A stretch of 64,000 nucleotides of DNA from an uncultured Spirochaetia bacterium (GCA_964618635.1 CAZUDM010000010.1:24279-88278); one strand, 5' to 3'; positions 40,934-50,971 are shown, counted from the stretch's first letter. Made by a program: numbers and translations. The notes: generated from the letters alone by a model not told the origin.

Positions 40934-41785
40934 ATGAAAAACGATAACGAATCCATAATATCGACCAAGCGCTTCGGCTTGTATCCGACGTTGAAATTAC
41001 TCACCGCCGTAGTCCTTTTTTCGCTCGGCTACAGTGCGAAGCCCATGGCCCTCGAAATGCCGGCAGGGAAGTGGGTCGACCTCACGCACGACTTCTCGTC
41101 CGAAACAATATACTGGCCGACGGGCGAGGGGTTTAAGCTCGAAACCGTATTCGAAGGAATGACCGATAAAGGCTATTTCTACGACGCGAAAAAATACTGC
41201 TCCGAAGAGCACGGCGGGACGCACATAGACGCCCCGGTTCATTTCGCCGAGGGCAGGCAGACGGTGGACGAGATACCACTCGACAAGCTCACAGGTGCGG
41301 CTGTGGTCATCGACGTATCCGAAAGAGCCTTGAAAGATCCGGATTACCTGGTGAGCGTCGAGGACATTACCGGGTGGGAAACAGTTAACGGAAAGATACC
41401 TGAAGGCGCCATCGTTCTCCTCAATACCGGATACGGCAGGTACTGGCCCGACAGGACGAAGTACATGGGCACCGACAAAAGGGGGCCGGAGGCTGTAAAG
41501 GACCTTCACTTTCCCGGCCTCTCACCCGAAGCGGCGGAATGGCTCGTCGATAACCGGAACGTTAACGCGGTGGGCATAGATACGGCGAGCATCGACTACG
41601 GGCAATCGAAGCTTTTCGAGACGCACCGCACGCTGTCCAAAAACAACGTGCCGGCGTTCGAGAACGTAGCGAACCTGGATCAAGTGCCCGCGAAAGGTGC
41701 GCTCGTCTTCGCGCTGCCGATGAAGATAAAGGGCGGGAGCGGCGGGCCGCTCCGCATAATCGCTCTCGTGCCCGGGAACCGGTGA
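40934..41785 (+). CDS. Cyclase-family protein (kynurenine formamidase-like), probably secreted.
   Basis: HGGTHIDAPVHF metal-binding motif, an N-terminal hydrophobic signal and the RBS aagagg upstream. The 147-codon 5' extension in the ORF track overlaps alsD in another frame and is not coding. Confidence 0.75.
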   Translation: MKNDNESIISTKRFGLYPTLKLLTAVVLFSLGYSAKPMALEMPAGKWVDLTHDFSSETIYWPTGEGFKLETVFEGMTDKGYFYDAKKYCSEEHGGTHIDAPVHFAEGRQTVDEIPLDKLTGAAVVIDVSERALKDPDYLVSVEDITGWETVNGKIPEGAIVLLNTGYGRYWPDRTKYMGTDKRGPEAVKDLHFPGLSPEAAEWLVDNRNVNAVGIDTASIDYGQSKLFETHRTLSKNNVPAFENVANLDQVPAKGALVFALPMKIKGGSGGPLRIIALVPGNR

Positions 41786-41801
41786 CAAGGAGATTCGCAT
41801 A

Positions 41802-42200
41802 ATGAGCAGCCCGAAAAAGACGAGGAAACAAGCCCTGGATGAGGGTAGGCAGAGGGACATCTCGGACGCGGCGAGGGAATCCGGCCTGATGGTGCCGGTG
41901 TTTATAACCTCGGACGTCTGGGACAATTGGATCGTCCCCGACGAGGAGAGCATGAAGAGAGGAGAGGACCAGAAGATAAGGCTCAAGAGCCTCCTCGACA
42001 AGCTCCTCTATTTCATAAGGGTTCACAGGCAGACGAGCAAGTCTAACGTCATTTACTTCCCCATTCCCTTCATGAAAGGCGGTGAAGAGAAAAACGTCCA
42101 GCTGATGTCCCTTCTCGGCCCCGTCGAGAGCTCGGACAAAAGGCCGTGCATTACAATCATGACCCCCGAAGAATACGAAGCCGAAAACCCGGCTATGTAG
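41802..42200 (+). CDS. Hypothetical protein (132 aa).
   Basis: ORF with consistent codon usage and no recognisable motif. 16 nt downstream of the cyclase gene. Confidence 0.5.
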   Translation: MSSPKKTRKQALDEGRQRDISDAARESGLMVPVFITSDVWDNWIVPDEESMKRGEDQKIRLKSLLDKLLYFIRVHRQTSKSNVIYFPIPFMKGGEEKNVQLMSLLGPVESSDKRPCITIMTPEEYEAENPAM

Positions 42201-42295
42201 AACACGGCCGCCCTTCATGCGGCCGTGGCCCCCGGAAATCCCCTGCCCCGAATAAATACCTGAAATAATGTATAATAATCGGTAGACTGTCTCTT

Positions 42296-43438
42296 ATGCC
42301 GCAAAGGGAGATATACCTCGATAACAACGCCACGACGAGGCCCCTGCCTGAGGTCAGGGATGAGGTATGCAGGATGCTCGGGGAGGAATTCGGAAACCCT
42401 TCGAGCGCCAACGGGGCGGGCGAAAGGGCGAGGGCCCACCTCGCCGCCGCACGCGCCAGGGTCGCAGACCTCATAGGCTCCCCGCACTCGAACCTGACAT
42501 TCCTCAGCTCGGGGACGGAATCGAACAACATGGCGTTCTATTCCTGCACTCGTAATAAGGGGAAGAAGTGCAGGGTGATAACCACTACCGTCGAGCACTC
42601 GTCCATACGAAAGATGTGCAGCTACCTCTGCATAAACGGCGTCGAGATAAGGCTCGTAAAGGTCGACCGGAACGGGATAGTAGACCTTTCCTCCCTCGAA
42701 AAGAATATCGACGACACCACCACCCTCGTTTCCGTCCAGTGGGCAAGCAACGAAACCGGCGTCATTCAGCCCATCGAGGAAATCGGCGAAATGTGCAGGA
42801 GATACGGCGTCCCGTTCCATACGGACGCAGCCCAGGCCGTCGGCAAGATAGACATGACCGTCCGGGACATGCCCATTGACTTTCTCTCCTTCACGGGGCA
42901 CAAGTTCCACGGCCCGCAGGGCGCGGGGGCGATATACTCCCGCGACAGGTTCATGCTCGCGCCGATATTCTTCGGCGGTTTTCAGGAAGAAGGCTTCCGG
43001 CCCGGGACAGAAAACCTCCCCGGCATAGCGGGGTTCGGCAAGGCCGCAGAGATAAGAAAGGCGAACCTCCGCCGCGACACCGAATACATGAAGGAGCTCA
43101 GGGACGGATTCGAGGCCCGGATACTGGACTTCATCCCAGGCACCAGGGTGAACGGCGACACTCGAAACCGCATCTCGAACACCACCAACATTCTTTTTAA
43201 AGGAATCGACGGCAGAAAGCTCGTCGCCGAGCTCGACGCGGCGGGAGTAAGGTGCTCCCAGAGCTCGGCCTGTACGAACTTCGAAGTCGCACCGTCCTAC
43301 GTCCTCTGCGCGATGGGGCTCTCCGAAGAAGAGGCCTATTCGAGCGTGAGATTCAGCTTTTCGGTTGAAAACACCTTTGAGGAGGCCGATAAAGCGGTGG
43401 AAATAATAAGGGAATCCTGCGGGAAGCTGAGCTCCTGA
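42296..43438 (+). CDS. Cysteine desulfurase (NifS/IscS-like class V aminotransferase).
   Basis: PLP-dependent fold with active-site Cys loop SQSSACTN. Confidence 0.85.
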   Translation: MPQREIYLDNNATTRPLPEVRDEVCRMLGEEFGNPSSANGAGERARAHLAAARARVADLIGSPHSNLTFLSSGTESNNMAFYSCTRNKGKKCRVITTTVEHSSIRKMCSYLCINGVEIRLVKVDRNGIVDLSSLEKNIDDTTTLVSVQWASNETGVIQPIEEIGEMCRRYGVPFHTDAAQAVGKIDMTVRDMPIDFLSFTGHKFHGPQGAGAIYSRDRFMLAPIFFGGFQEEGFRPGTENLPGIAGFGKAAEIRKANLRRDTEYMKELRDGFEARILDFIPGTRVNGDTRNRISNTTNILFKGIDGRKLVAELDAAGVRCSQSSACTNFEVAPSYVLCAMGLSEEEAYSSVRFSFSVENTFEEADKAVEIIRESCGKLSS

Positions 43439-43535
43439 GACCCCGCCCCGGGCAGACGTCATTCACCTGCCGCACACTCCCCACGCCACATCACCGACTC
43501 CACCTGAAGACACCGCACACGCCGAAAACCGCGGA

Positions 43536-44081
43536 ATGGGAAATCTGAAAAAGAACTTTCTCATATCGGGCCTTCCCGGAATTGGAAAAACGACGCTCGT
43601 CAAAAAGCTGATCGCAAGACTGGCCGAATACGATCCCCAGGGGTTTTACACCGAAGAGATACTCCAGGACGGGGAGAGGAAAGGCTTTCACCTTGAAGGC
43701 CTCGACGGGCGGCGCATAATGCTCGCTCACGTCATCAACGACAGCCCGCATAAAATAGGAAAGTACAGGGTGGACGTGGACGCCTTCGACGCCTTCCTCG
43801 ACGAGCTTCACATAACGCCGTCCCCCGAAAGGCCTGTCATAGTAGACGAGATAGGGAAGATGGAATGCCTCTCGCCGAAATTCGTGAGGAAGGTTCAGGA
43901 AATACTCGACGGCGTGAATCCGGTGATCGCGACGATAGCCCACACGGACGGCGGAATAAAGGGGAAAGTCAAGGCACGTGAGGACTCGGTGCTCTTCAGA
44001 ATGAACCTCATTAACAGGAATTCGCTCGAAGGGGAGATACTCGACGCCTTGAGAGCTCTCCCGCAGTTTAAGGACCTGTGA
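43536..44081 (+). CDS. Nucleoside-triphosphatase, THEP1/NTPase_1 family.
   Basis: Walker A ISGLPGIGKTT, Walker B VIVDEIGKME, about 180 aa. Confidence 0.75.
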   Translation: MGNLKKNFLISGLPGIGKTTLVKKLIARLAEYDPQGFYTEEILQDGERKGFHLEGLDGRRIMLAHVINDSPHKIGKYRVDVDAFDAFLDELHITPSPERPVIVDEIGKMECLSPKFVRKVQEILDGVNPVIATIAHTDGGIKGKVKAREDSVLFRMNLINRNSLEGEILDALRALPQFKDL

Positions 44082-44106
44082 CCGGCCCACTGCACGGAAA
44101 ACCCGC

Positions 44107-45471
44107 TTGTTCGCGCAGCCCGCGGTCGTTATACTTCCACCGGTGAATATAGACAAGCTCAGAAAAGATGCGGTCTCTATATTCGAGGCCGGCGTTAAAG
44201 CCGCAGACCCTGTAACCGCCGTTTTAAATCACTTCAGCAGAAAGGGCGACACGCTGGACATCGCCGGGAAAAAATACGCCCTCTCGGAATTCGAGAACGT
44301 CTACGTCGTAGGCATGGGCAAGGCCGCCGCGTCCATGGCGCTCGCAGTCGAGGGCGTACTCGGAGAGAGGCTCTCTTCCGGCATAGTCAATGTGAAGTAC
44401 GGGCATACGGCGCCACTCCACAAAGTCAGCATCAACGAAGCAGGGCATCCGCTCCCCGACGATGCAGGGCTCAGGGGGGCGAGGGAAATAATCGATCTCC
44501 TCAGGGGAACGGGAGAGAACGACCTCGTCATATGCCTCATATCCGGCGGGGGCTCGGCGCTTCTTCCCGTGCCGGCGGAAGGTCTCACGCTTGCCGACAA
44601 GCAGGGACTGACTAAAACCCTTCTCGAATGCGGGGCGACGATTCACGAAATAAACGCGCTCAGGAAACACGTCTCCGCCGTCAAGGGCGGGAGACTGGCG
44701 CGCCTCGCATATCCGTCGACGCTCGTCTCGCTCATACTCTCGGACGTGATAGGGGACGACCTCGACGCCATAGCCTCCGGGCCCACTGTTCCCGACAGCG
44801 TCACGTTCGCCGGATGCGGGGCCGTTATCGATAAATACGGCCTCCGGGGGAAGATACCCGCTTCGGTCGAGTCCTATATAGACAAGGGCATAAACGGCGG
44901 GGCCGAGGAAACCCCGAAGCCGGGCGACCCGGCATTCCTCAAAACGCAGAACGTAATCGTCGGGAGCAATATGCTGTCAGCGATTGCGGCGAAGAAGAAA
45001 GCGGCAGAGCTCGGGTACGAGAGCCTTCTTTTATCGACGTACATACACGGGGAGACGGAAGAGGTCGCAAAGGTTCACGGCGCGATCGCGATAGAGATTG
45101 CACACTCGGGAAACCCGCTCCGGCCGCCCGCGTGCATAGTGTCCGGCGGAGAGACGACCGTTACGATAAACGGCCCGGGCCTCGGAGGCAGAAACCAGGA
45201 GTTCGTTCTCGCCGCCGCGATAGAGATAGACGGGCTCGATAACGTCGTCATACTAAGCGGCGGCACGGACGGCACGGACGGCCCCACGGACGCCGCCGGC
45301 GCGATAGCCGACGGGAGCACGATAAGGAGGGCCGCCGGGCTCGGGCTCAACGCCAGGACCAGTCTATCGCAAAACGATTCCTACAATTTCTTCGCCCCGC
45401 TCGGGGACCTTCTGATAACAGGCCCCACGAATACGAACGTTATGGACATCCGGCTCATTCTCGTCGGGTGA
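44107..45471 (+). CDS. Glycerate 2-kinase (MOFRL family).
   Basis: DUF4147-like N-terminus and MOFRL C-terminus (LISGGETTVTI...GGTDGTDGPTDAAGA). Confidence 0.82.
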   Translation: MFAQPAVVILPPVNIDKLRKDAVSIFEAGVKAADPVTAVLNHFSRKGDTLDIAGKKYALSEFENVYVVGMGKAAASMALAVEGVLGERLSSGIVNVKYGHTAPLHKVSINEAGHPLPDDAGLRGAREIIDLLRGTGENDLVICLISGGGSALLPVPAEGLTLADKQGLTKTLLECGATIHEINALRKHVSAVKGGRLARLAYPSTLVSLILSDVIGDDLDAIASGPTVPDSVTFAGCGAVIDKYGLRGKIPASVESYIDKGINGGAEETPKPGDPAFLKTQNVIVGSNMLSAIAAKKKAAELGYESLLLSTYIHGETEEVAKVHGAIAIEIAHSGNPLRPPACIVSGGETTVTINGPGLGGRNQEFVLAAAIEIDGLDNVVILSGGTDGTDGPTDAAGAIADGSTIRRAAGLGLNARTSLSQNDSYNFFAPLGDLLITGPTNTNVMDIRLILVG

Positions 45472-45590
45472 CGGAGGATGCGGGGTTATATCGATAAGTC
45501 CTTATAAGCACCGGGCATTATGTTGCAATCGGATAAATTACTGTGAGACTGCCCGGCCATCTGCTATAATAACCCGAAGGGCCTAAAGAG

Positions 45591-46787
45591 TTGAATCCCA
45601 CGCAGTTCGTTACTGACATTCTAAAAGAGATCGGCGTACCGGGGCTGTTCGACATAGCGTTCATGTCGCTCTTCATCTACGCCATACTCGCCCTTTTCAA
45701 CAAAACCAAGGCGAGATTCGTCCTCACCGGCATAATAATCATGAGCGTCGTGTATCTCCTCGCGCGCCAGTTTAACCTCATCTTGACGACGTCCGTCCTT
45801 CAGACATTCTTCGCCGTCATATTCATAGCGCTGATTATCATATTCCAGGAAGAGATACGTCAGTTCCTCGAGCAGATAGCGCTCTGGAGCCTGAGCCCCC
45901 AGCTCGCCATCGAGAGATACAAGGGGTCCGTCCGCGAGGAGATAGACATACTCGTAAACACTATCACGGACCTCGCGAAAGAGAGGATTGGTGCTCTCAT
46001 AATCCTCCCGGCAAAGACATCCGTAGAAAGCGCCGTCGAAGGTGGAACGGTGCTCGGCGGAAAGCTGAGCGAGCCGCTTTTAAAGAGCCTTCTCGACCCG
46101 CACTCGATCGGGCACGACGGAGCGATCATCGTGGACAAGGGGGCCATCGTCAAGTTCTCGTGCCACCTTCCGCTCTCGAAGAACTTCGCCGCGCTCGTGA
46201 ACAAGGGCACGCGGCACGCGGCCGCCCTCGGGCTGTCCGAGATAAACGACGCCCTCTGCCTCGTGGTATCCGAGGAAAGGGGAACTATATCCGTCGCCAG
46301 GAACGGGGAGCTGAGAGAGGTCGGCCCGGAGCAGCTCTCGCTTATCCTCGAAAAGTTCTACAGCGAAGTTAACCCCATAAAAAAGAGGCGGCACTTCTTC
46401 ACCTTCTTCACAAAGAACTTCAAGGAAAAGGCGATAGCCATCTTCATGGCCGTAGCCCTCTGGTTCGTATTCGTTCACGAATCGAAGCTCGTCTACAGGA
46501 CTTACAGCGTACCCGTCAAATATACGACTCTCCCGGCCGAGCTCGCGGTCGAAGACATAAAACCCGACAGGGTGAAGGTCACCTTCCTCGGGCCGAGGAG
46601 GGCCTTTTATTTCTTCAACGAAAAAGAGGTCGAAATATTCCTCAAGATTCCCGAGGCAAGGAAGGGCCTGAAGACAGTCGACATATCGGAGTCGAGCCTG
46701 AAATTCCCGAAGGATATATCGCTCGAGAATATCGAGCCGAGGCGAGTCCTCGTCAGGATAGATTCGACCGCCCCGGAAGAAAAGTGA
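45591..46787 (+). CDS. cdaA: Diadenylate cyclase CdaA (3 TM plus DAC domain) fused to an extra TM segment and a C-terminal YbbR (CdaR-like) domain.
   Basis: DAC motifs GHDGAIIV and GTRHAAALG. The C-terminal ~110 aa has a YbbR-like beta pattern (VPVKYTTLPAELAVEDIKPDRVKVTFLGP...VDISESSLKFP...IEPRRVLVRI). TTG start. Confidence 0.8.
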   Translation: MNPTQFVTDILKEIGVPGLFDIAFMSLFIYAILALFNKTKARFVLTGIIIMSVVYLLARQFNLILTTSVLQTFFAVIFIALIIIFQEEIRQFLEQIALWSLSPQLAIERYKGSVREEIDILVNTITDLAKERIGALIILPAKTSVESAVEGGTVLGGKLSEPLLKSLLDPHSIGHDGAIIVDKGAIVKFSCHLPLSKNFAALVNKGTRHAAALGLSEINDALCLVVSEERGTISVARNGELREVGPEQLSLILEKFYSEVNPIKKRRHFFTFFTKNFKEKAIAIFMAVALWFVFVHESKLVYRTYSVPVKYTTLPAELAVEDIKPDRVKVTFLGPRRAFYFFNEKEVEIFLKIPEARKGLKTVDISESSLKFPKDISLENIEPRRVLVRIDSTAPEEK

Positions 46788-46840
46788 TTTCCGCAGCACA
46801 GCGAAAGATTCTCTCACGGGTAGTGAGCCCGCCCGTTTTC

Positions 46841-47194
46841 TCACGCCTCGAGGCCGCTCAAAAACCTGACCTGTTTTGAAAGCAGCTCTTTCGTGACGAT
46901 GAAAATGTCGAACGTTTTTGAAAGGGTGACCATACGTATATTCTCGGCGACGAGCCGGAGGCTTCCCTTTACCCAGTAGACGCAGATTATCATCTCGACA
47001 CCGCCCGGGTGTGTGATCATAATGGAAGCGTATCTGCCTAGGCCGGTTATCAGCGGGCTGTCGGTAACGTATTTCGCGCCGTAGCCGCCGGGGCCTTCGT
47101 ACTCTTCTATGAGCTCGTCAAAGACGGGGAAAACAATATCATCGAAAATTCCGTCTATTCTCTCTTCGAGCTCCCAATCCGTTTTTCCGGTCAT
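46841..47194 (-). CDS. Hypothetical protein (117 aa).
   Basis: ORF only. Acidic N-terminus, no recognisable motif. Confidence 0.4.
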   Translation of the reverse strand: MTGKTDWELEERIDGIFDDIVFPVFDELIEEYEGPGGYGAKYVTDSPLITGLGRYASIMITHPGGVEMIICVYWVKGSLRLVAENIRMVTLSKTFDIFIVTKELLSKQVRFLSGLEA

Positions 47195-47263
47195 GGCTCG
47201 TGCACCCTCTCGCAGAATAATCCGGCCAATTCAGCCGCCTGGAGATTACGATAGCACACTCCC

Positions 47264-47635
47264 TCAGGCAAGGTCGAGGGCATATTTCTTGAGGTCTTCC
47301 AGGGAAACGATCTCGAGAACCGACTCGTGGGTCGATGCAAGAATAACCGGCGGGGCGTAGCCGTCTTCGAGGGCTTCCCTCCATCTGAGCGCGCATATGC
47401 ACCACCTGTCCCCGGGTTTAAGTCCGGGAAAATCGTATGCAGGGTTAGGTGTGGTAAGGTCGTTTCCGCGGGCCTTCGAAAATTCGAGGAAGCTCTCGGT
47501 CACCTCGGTGCATACTACGTGAAGGCCGAGGTCCTCGGGGCCCGTTCTGCAGCACCCGTCCCGGTAGAATCCCGTCATGGGCGACGTCGAGCACGGCTGA
47601 AGCTCTTCTCCGAAAACATTCTTTTCAACCGGCAT
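47264..47635 (-). CDS. DUF2237 family protein.
   Basis: Cys-rich pattern (CSTSPMTGFYRDGCC...WCICALRW) typical of DUF2237. Confidence 0.65.
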   Translation of the reverse strand: MPVEKNVFGEELQPCSTSPMTGFYRDGCCRTGPEDLGLHVVCTEVTESFLEFSKARGNDLTTPNPAYDFPGLKPGDRWCICALRWREALEDGYAPPVILASTHESVLEIVSLEDLKKYALDLA

Positions 47636-47857
47636 GGTCTTAACCTCCGTTCGGAATTTATGTTCTGTTCAGCTTAAGAACGACATTCCGGGATTAAGGC
47701 GCAGTGGTCCCGAGCGAATTCACGGGGGCAGGCGTTTATCCCGAGGGAGACTATTATAAATCATCGCGAGAATAAAGCACCTCGCCCAGGCGTTGAGCGT
47801 CCACTCTTTCGTGAAGAGCGCTCACTGAAGAGAGGTTTTTAAAGTCTTTGGAGGGAA

Positions 47858-48439
47858 TCAGAATTTGACGTTTTTTACTGCGTAGGAAAGCTCGCCCGTG
47901 CATACCGTAAAAGCGTCTGTCCATTCTTCGGCTATCTTGCCTGAAGAAAAAGCAGAGCTTATGGAGCCGAAGATATGCTCCAGCATTCCGACCATGCTCA
48001 TGGCTATGCGGCCGAATACGAGGCTCTTTTCATTTTTCGGTCCAGTCCAGCCCTTGTAGAGGTTTATGACTGTCTGGGCGGACAGGCGGCCGTTATCGAC
48101 GTGCAGAAGCGCAGCTTCCGATACCGCCGCAGAAGATTTCGACACAGCTTCGGCGAGGACATGATTACCGCTCTTATCCATCCCCGCCGCGGAGACGAAT
48201 TCAGCTGCGCGGTTCACTACGTCAGCCAGTACACCGAGCACATCGACCGGATTCCTGTTTCCGGATTCGTTTATCTCATCCGCATGCCCGGCGATTTCGG
48301 AAAGGAGAAGCACGAGCCCGGATTCGATAGCGGAATCGTTTGCGGACCCCTCCGCGGAGCCGCTTTGTCCCGTGGCCTCGGTATGAGAATATTCGGCGTC
48401 GCCGTCTACAACGAAAAATTTACGCATCTCTTTTTGCAA
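47858..48439 (-). CDS. Hypothetical Ala/Ser-rich protein, co-transcribed downstream of the MshEN-REC gene.
   Basis: 4-nt gap from the upstream gene. No clear domain, with only a weak resemblance to CheX/CheC-like proteins. Confidence 0.5.
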   Translation of the reverse strand: MQKEMRKFFVVDGDAEYSHTEATGQSGSAEGSANDSAIESGLVLLLSEIAGHADEINESGNRNPVDVLGVLADVVNRAAEFVSAAGMDKSGNHVLAEAVSKSSAAVSEAALLHVDNGRLSAQTVINLYKGWTGPKNEKSLVFGRIAMSMVGMLEHIFGSISSAFSSGKIAEEWTDAFTVCTGELSYAVKNVKF

Positions 48440-48442
48440 TCC

Positions 48443-49996
48443 TTAACTTAAATATTTCTCTGCCGCGCCTATGATGTCGCCGGCCGCGAACGGTTTCGTT
48501 ATGTAATCGCTGGCGCCGGCCATCCTGCCCTTCACCTTGTCCATCATTCCAACCTTGCCTGACAGCATGACGACGGGAATGTCCTTCGTAAGGCCGTGCC
48601 CCTTTATCACCTTGCAGAGCTGGTAACCGTCCATGTGGGGCAGGTTTATGTCCACGAGTATCAGGCCGGGCGTTATGTCCTTAAGCGCCGCAAGCGCCTG
48701 CATGCCGTCGCCCGCCGCATAAACCCTGTATCCCTCTCTTTCGAGGGCGAGCGCCGCTACCCTCCTTATAGTAGGACTGTGATCCACTATCAGGATAGAG
48801 CCTTTCGGGAGCTTCACTCCGGCTCCGTTCTTTACCTTTTCGACGCCCGAAGAAACGTTCCTGTCAGCGAGCTCCTCCACTTCACCTTCAGACCCCGGCA
48901 AAGCATCTTCCTTCGTGTCCGGAAACGTATAAAGCCCGCTTTCGTCAAGCTGACCTTCTTGTTCACTGATAGCTGTATGCTCCGTCGGACTCGTAACGCT
49001 GTCCCCGGCTCCACTCGATATATCCTCATCCGCGGAGGCTTCAGCACTCCGACCGTTCCAGGGAAGGGAGATTTCACTCGCGCCCGTTTCTCCTCCGCCG
49101 TTCATGCTTGCTTCTGCAATTCCCAGGTTAAATCCCTCGTCATGCCCTTCGAACCGATCGCCCTCTTCGATACGGCCCTCGATCTCCGGCTTCTCGCCCT
49201 TGCCTATATCCGCCGCAAATCCGGGTACGGAGTCGCTCCCGGAAAATTCCATTTCGGTAAATCCGATTTCAATGTTGCGTGAGCCCGAAGCGCCGTCGTC
49301 TCCCGATTCAGAACCTGTCAAATCGAAAACAGCGTTATCTATGACTGCAGCGCTTTCTTCGTCCATGATTTCCGCGCGGCGCGGTAAAGTCTCGTCGCCC
49401 TCGCTCACATCGGTTTCAGCGAGGCTTTCTTCCGTCGATACAGCGCTTGTAAATTCTCTATTGTCGTTAGTGTACTCTTCCAGCCCGCGTAATATCTCTT
49501 CTATGGAACGGAGCTTCCCTGCCCTGGGTAATCTCCCCCCGCTGTCGGATTCCCGGCCTGAGCTTCCCTGGCCCTCGCCGTAATACTCGGCAATCTTCGC
49601 CGATATCGCGCGCTCCGACGCGATTACGGGAACTATGTGTTTGCCCGTGATAAATCCGAGATCGTCTATGAGAAGAATATTCGAAGGGTCGCTCACGGCG
49701 ACGATCAGGTCGGCCCCGACGAGGCTCACAGGTATGAGGCACTCCTCGGCCGCGGTGCCCTGCGGGATGAGCTTGAGCACGTCGGGCTCTATTGAGCGGC
49801 TGCCCAAGTCCATGACCGGCATGCCGTAGTATTTGCCTAAGAATCCCAGAAAATCGGTTTCGGTTACGTGTCCGAGCGTCACGAGCGAATCACCAAGCCC
49901 GCAGCCCGAATTCCGCTGCACCTCTACAGCTTCCCGCACCTGGTCTACACTGACCAGACCTTCTCCGACCAGCAATTTTGCCAGTTGCAGTCCCAT
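48443..49996 (-). CDS. MshEN (GspE_N-like, putative c-di-GMP-binding) domain, a ~240-aa acidic disordered linker, and a C-terminal CheY-like receiver domain.
   Basis: The N-terminus matches the MshEN 24-residue motif (LQLAKLLVGEGLVSVDQVREAVEVQ). The C-terminal REC has the phospho-acceptor Asp in LILVDINLP and Lys in YITKPF. Confidence 0.8.
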   Translation of the reverse strand: MGLQLAKLLVGEGLVSVDQVREAVEVQRNSGCGLGDSLVTLGHVTETDFLGFLGKYYGMPVMDLGSRSIEPDVLKLIPQGTAAEECLIPVSLVGADLIVAVSDPSNILLIDDLGFITGKHIVPVIASERAISAKIAEYYGEGQGSSGRESDSGGRLPRAGKLRSIEEILRGLEEYTNDNREFTSAVSTEESLAETDVSEGDETLPRRAEIMDEESAAVIDNAVFDLTGSESGDDGASGSRNIEIGFTEMEFSGSDSVPGFAADIGKGEKPEIEGRIEEGDRFEGHDEGFNLGIAEASMNGGGETGASEISLPWNGRSAEASADEDISSGAGDSVTSPTEHTAISEQEGQLDESGLYTFPDTKEDALPGSEGEVEELADRNVSSGVEKVKNGAGVKLPKGSILIVDHSPTIRRVAALALEREGYRVYAAGDGMQALAALKDITPGLILVDINLPHMDGYQLCKVIKGHGLTKDIPVVMLSGKVGMMDKVKGRMAGASDYITKPFAAGDIIGAAEKYLS

Positions 49997-50482
49997 ATAA
50001 TTATAGATCGAGCAAATATCATGCCATGGCTGTCAATAAAGATAAGTATCCATAAATTCTTCATATTTAATCCGCCCGAGCTGCATCTGCGAGCCCGCTC
50101 CATGTGACAAAAAACGTCATCTGAGATAATTTATGCGCACCGGCGGCGATGTATGTTACAGAACGAGCGATCGTCCATCCGGATTCGAGATATTTAATAC
50201 GACATCTATAACATGATCTCCGCACCACGCTCAACGCAGATGAGAACACGGAAGGCTCGTTCGCCTCACCCCTCTGAAACCGGGGAGCCGAGTATAAAAA
50301 CAGCGTACGGCACGGCCTCGTCCGGGACCGCTTTTTATATCCAAGGCCTTTGAAGGGAATCCCGCTCGTTTGCCTCCGTCAATGTTTAATTTTTGGTATC
50401 ATTTGCTTAAATATTGGGCAGTCAAATCCCGAAACTTTTGATATAAACCCTTAATATCATTGATTGAAAAGGTTTTTGATAA

Positions 50483-50866
<384 letters not shown>

Positions 50867-50971
50867 GTTGTCGCTTTACAGGTGATACAAAAACAATAAT
50901 AACAACACAGGAGGAGCTATAACGTAATGCCCACTACAAGCAAGCCTAAAAGCAAAGGAGGAGGAGAGGAT

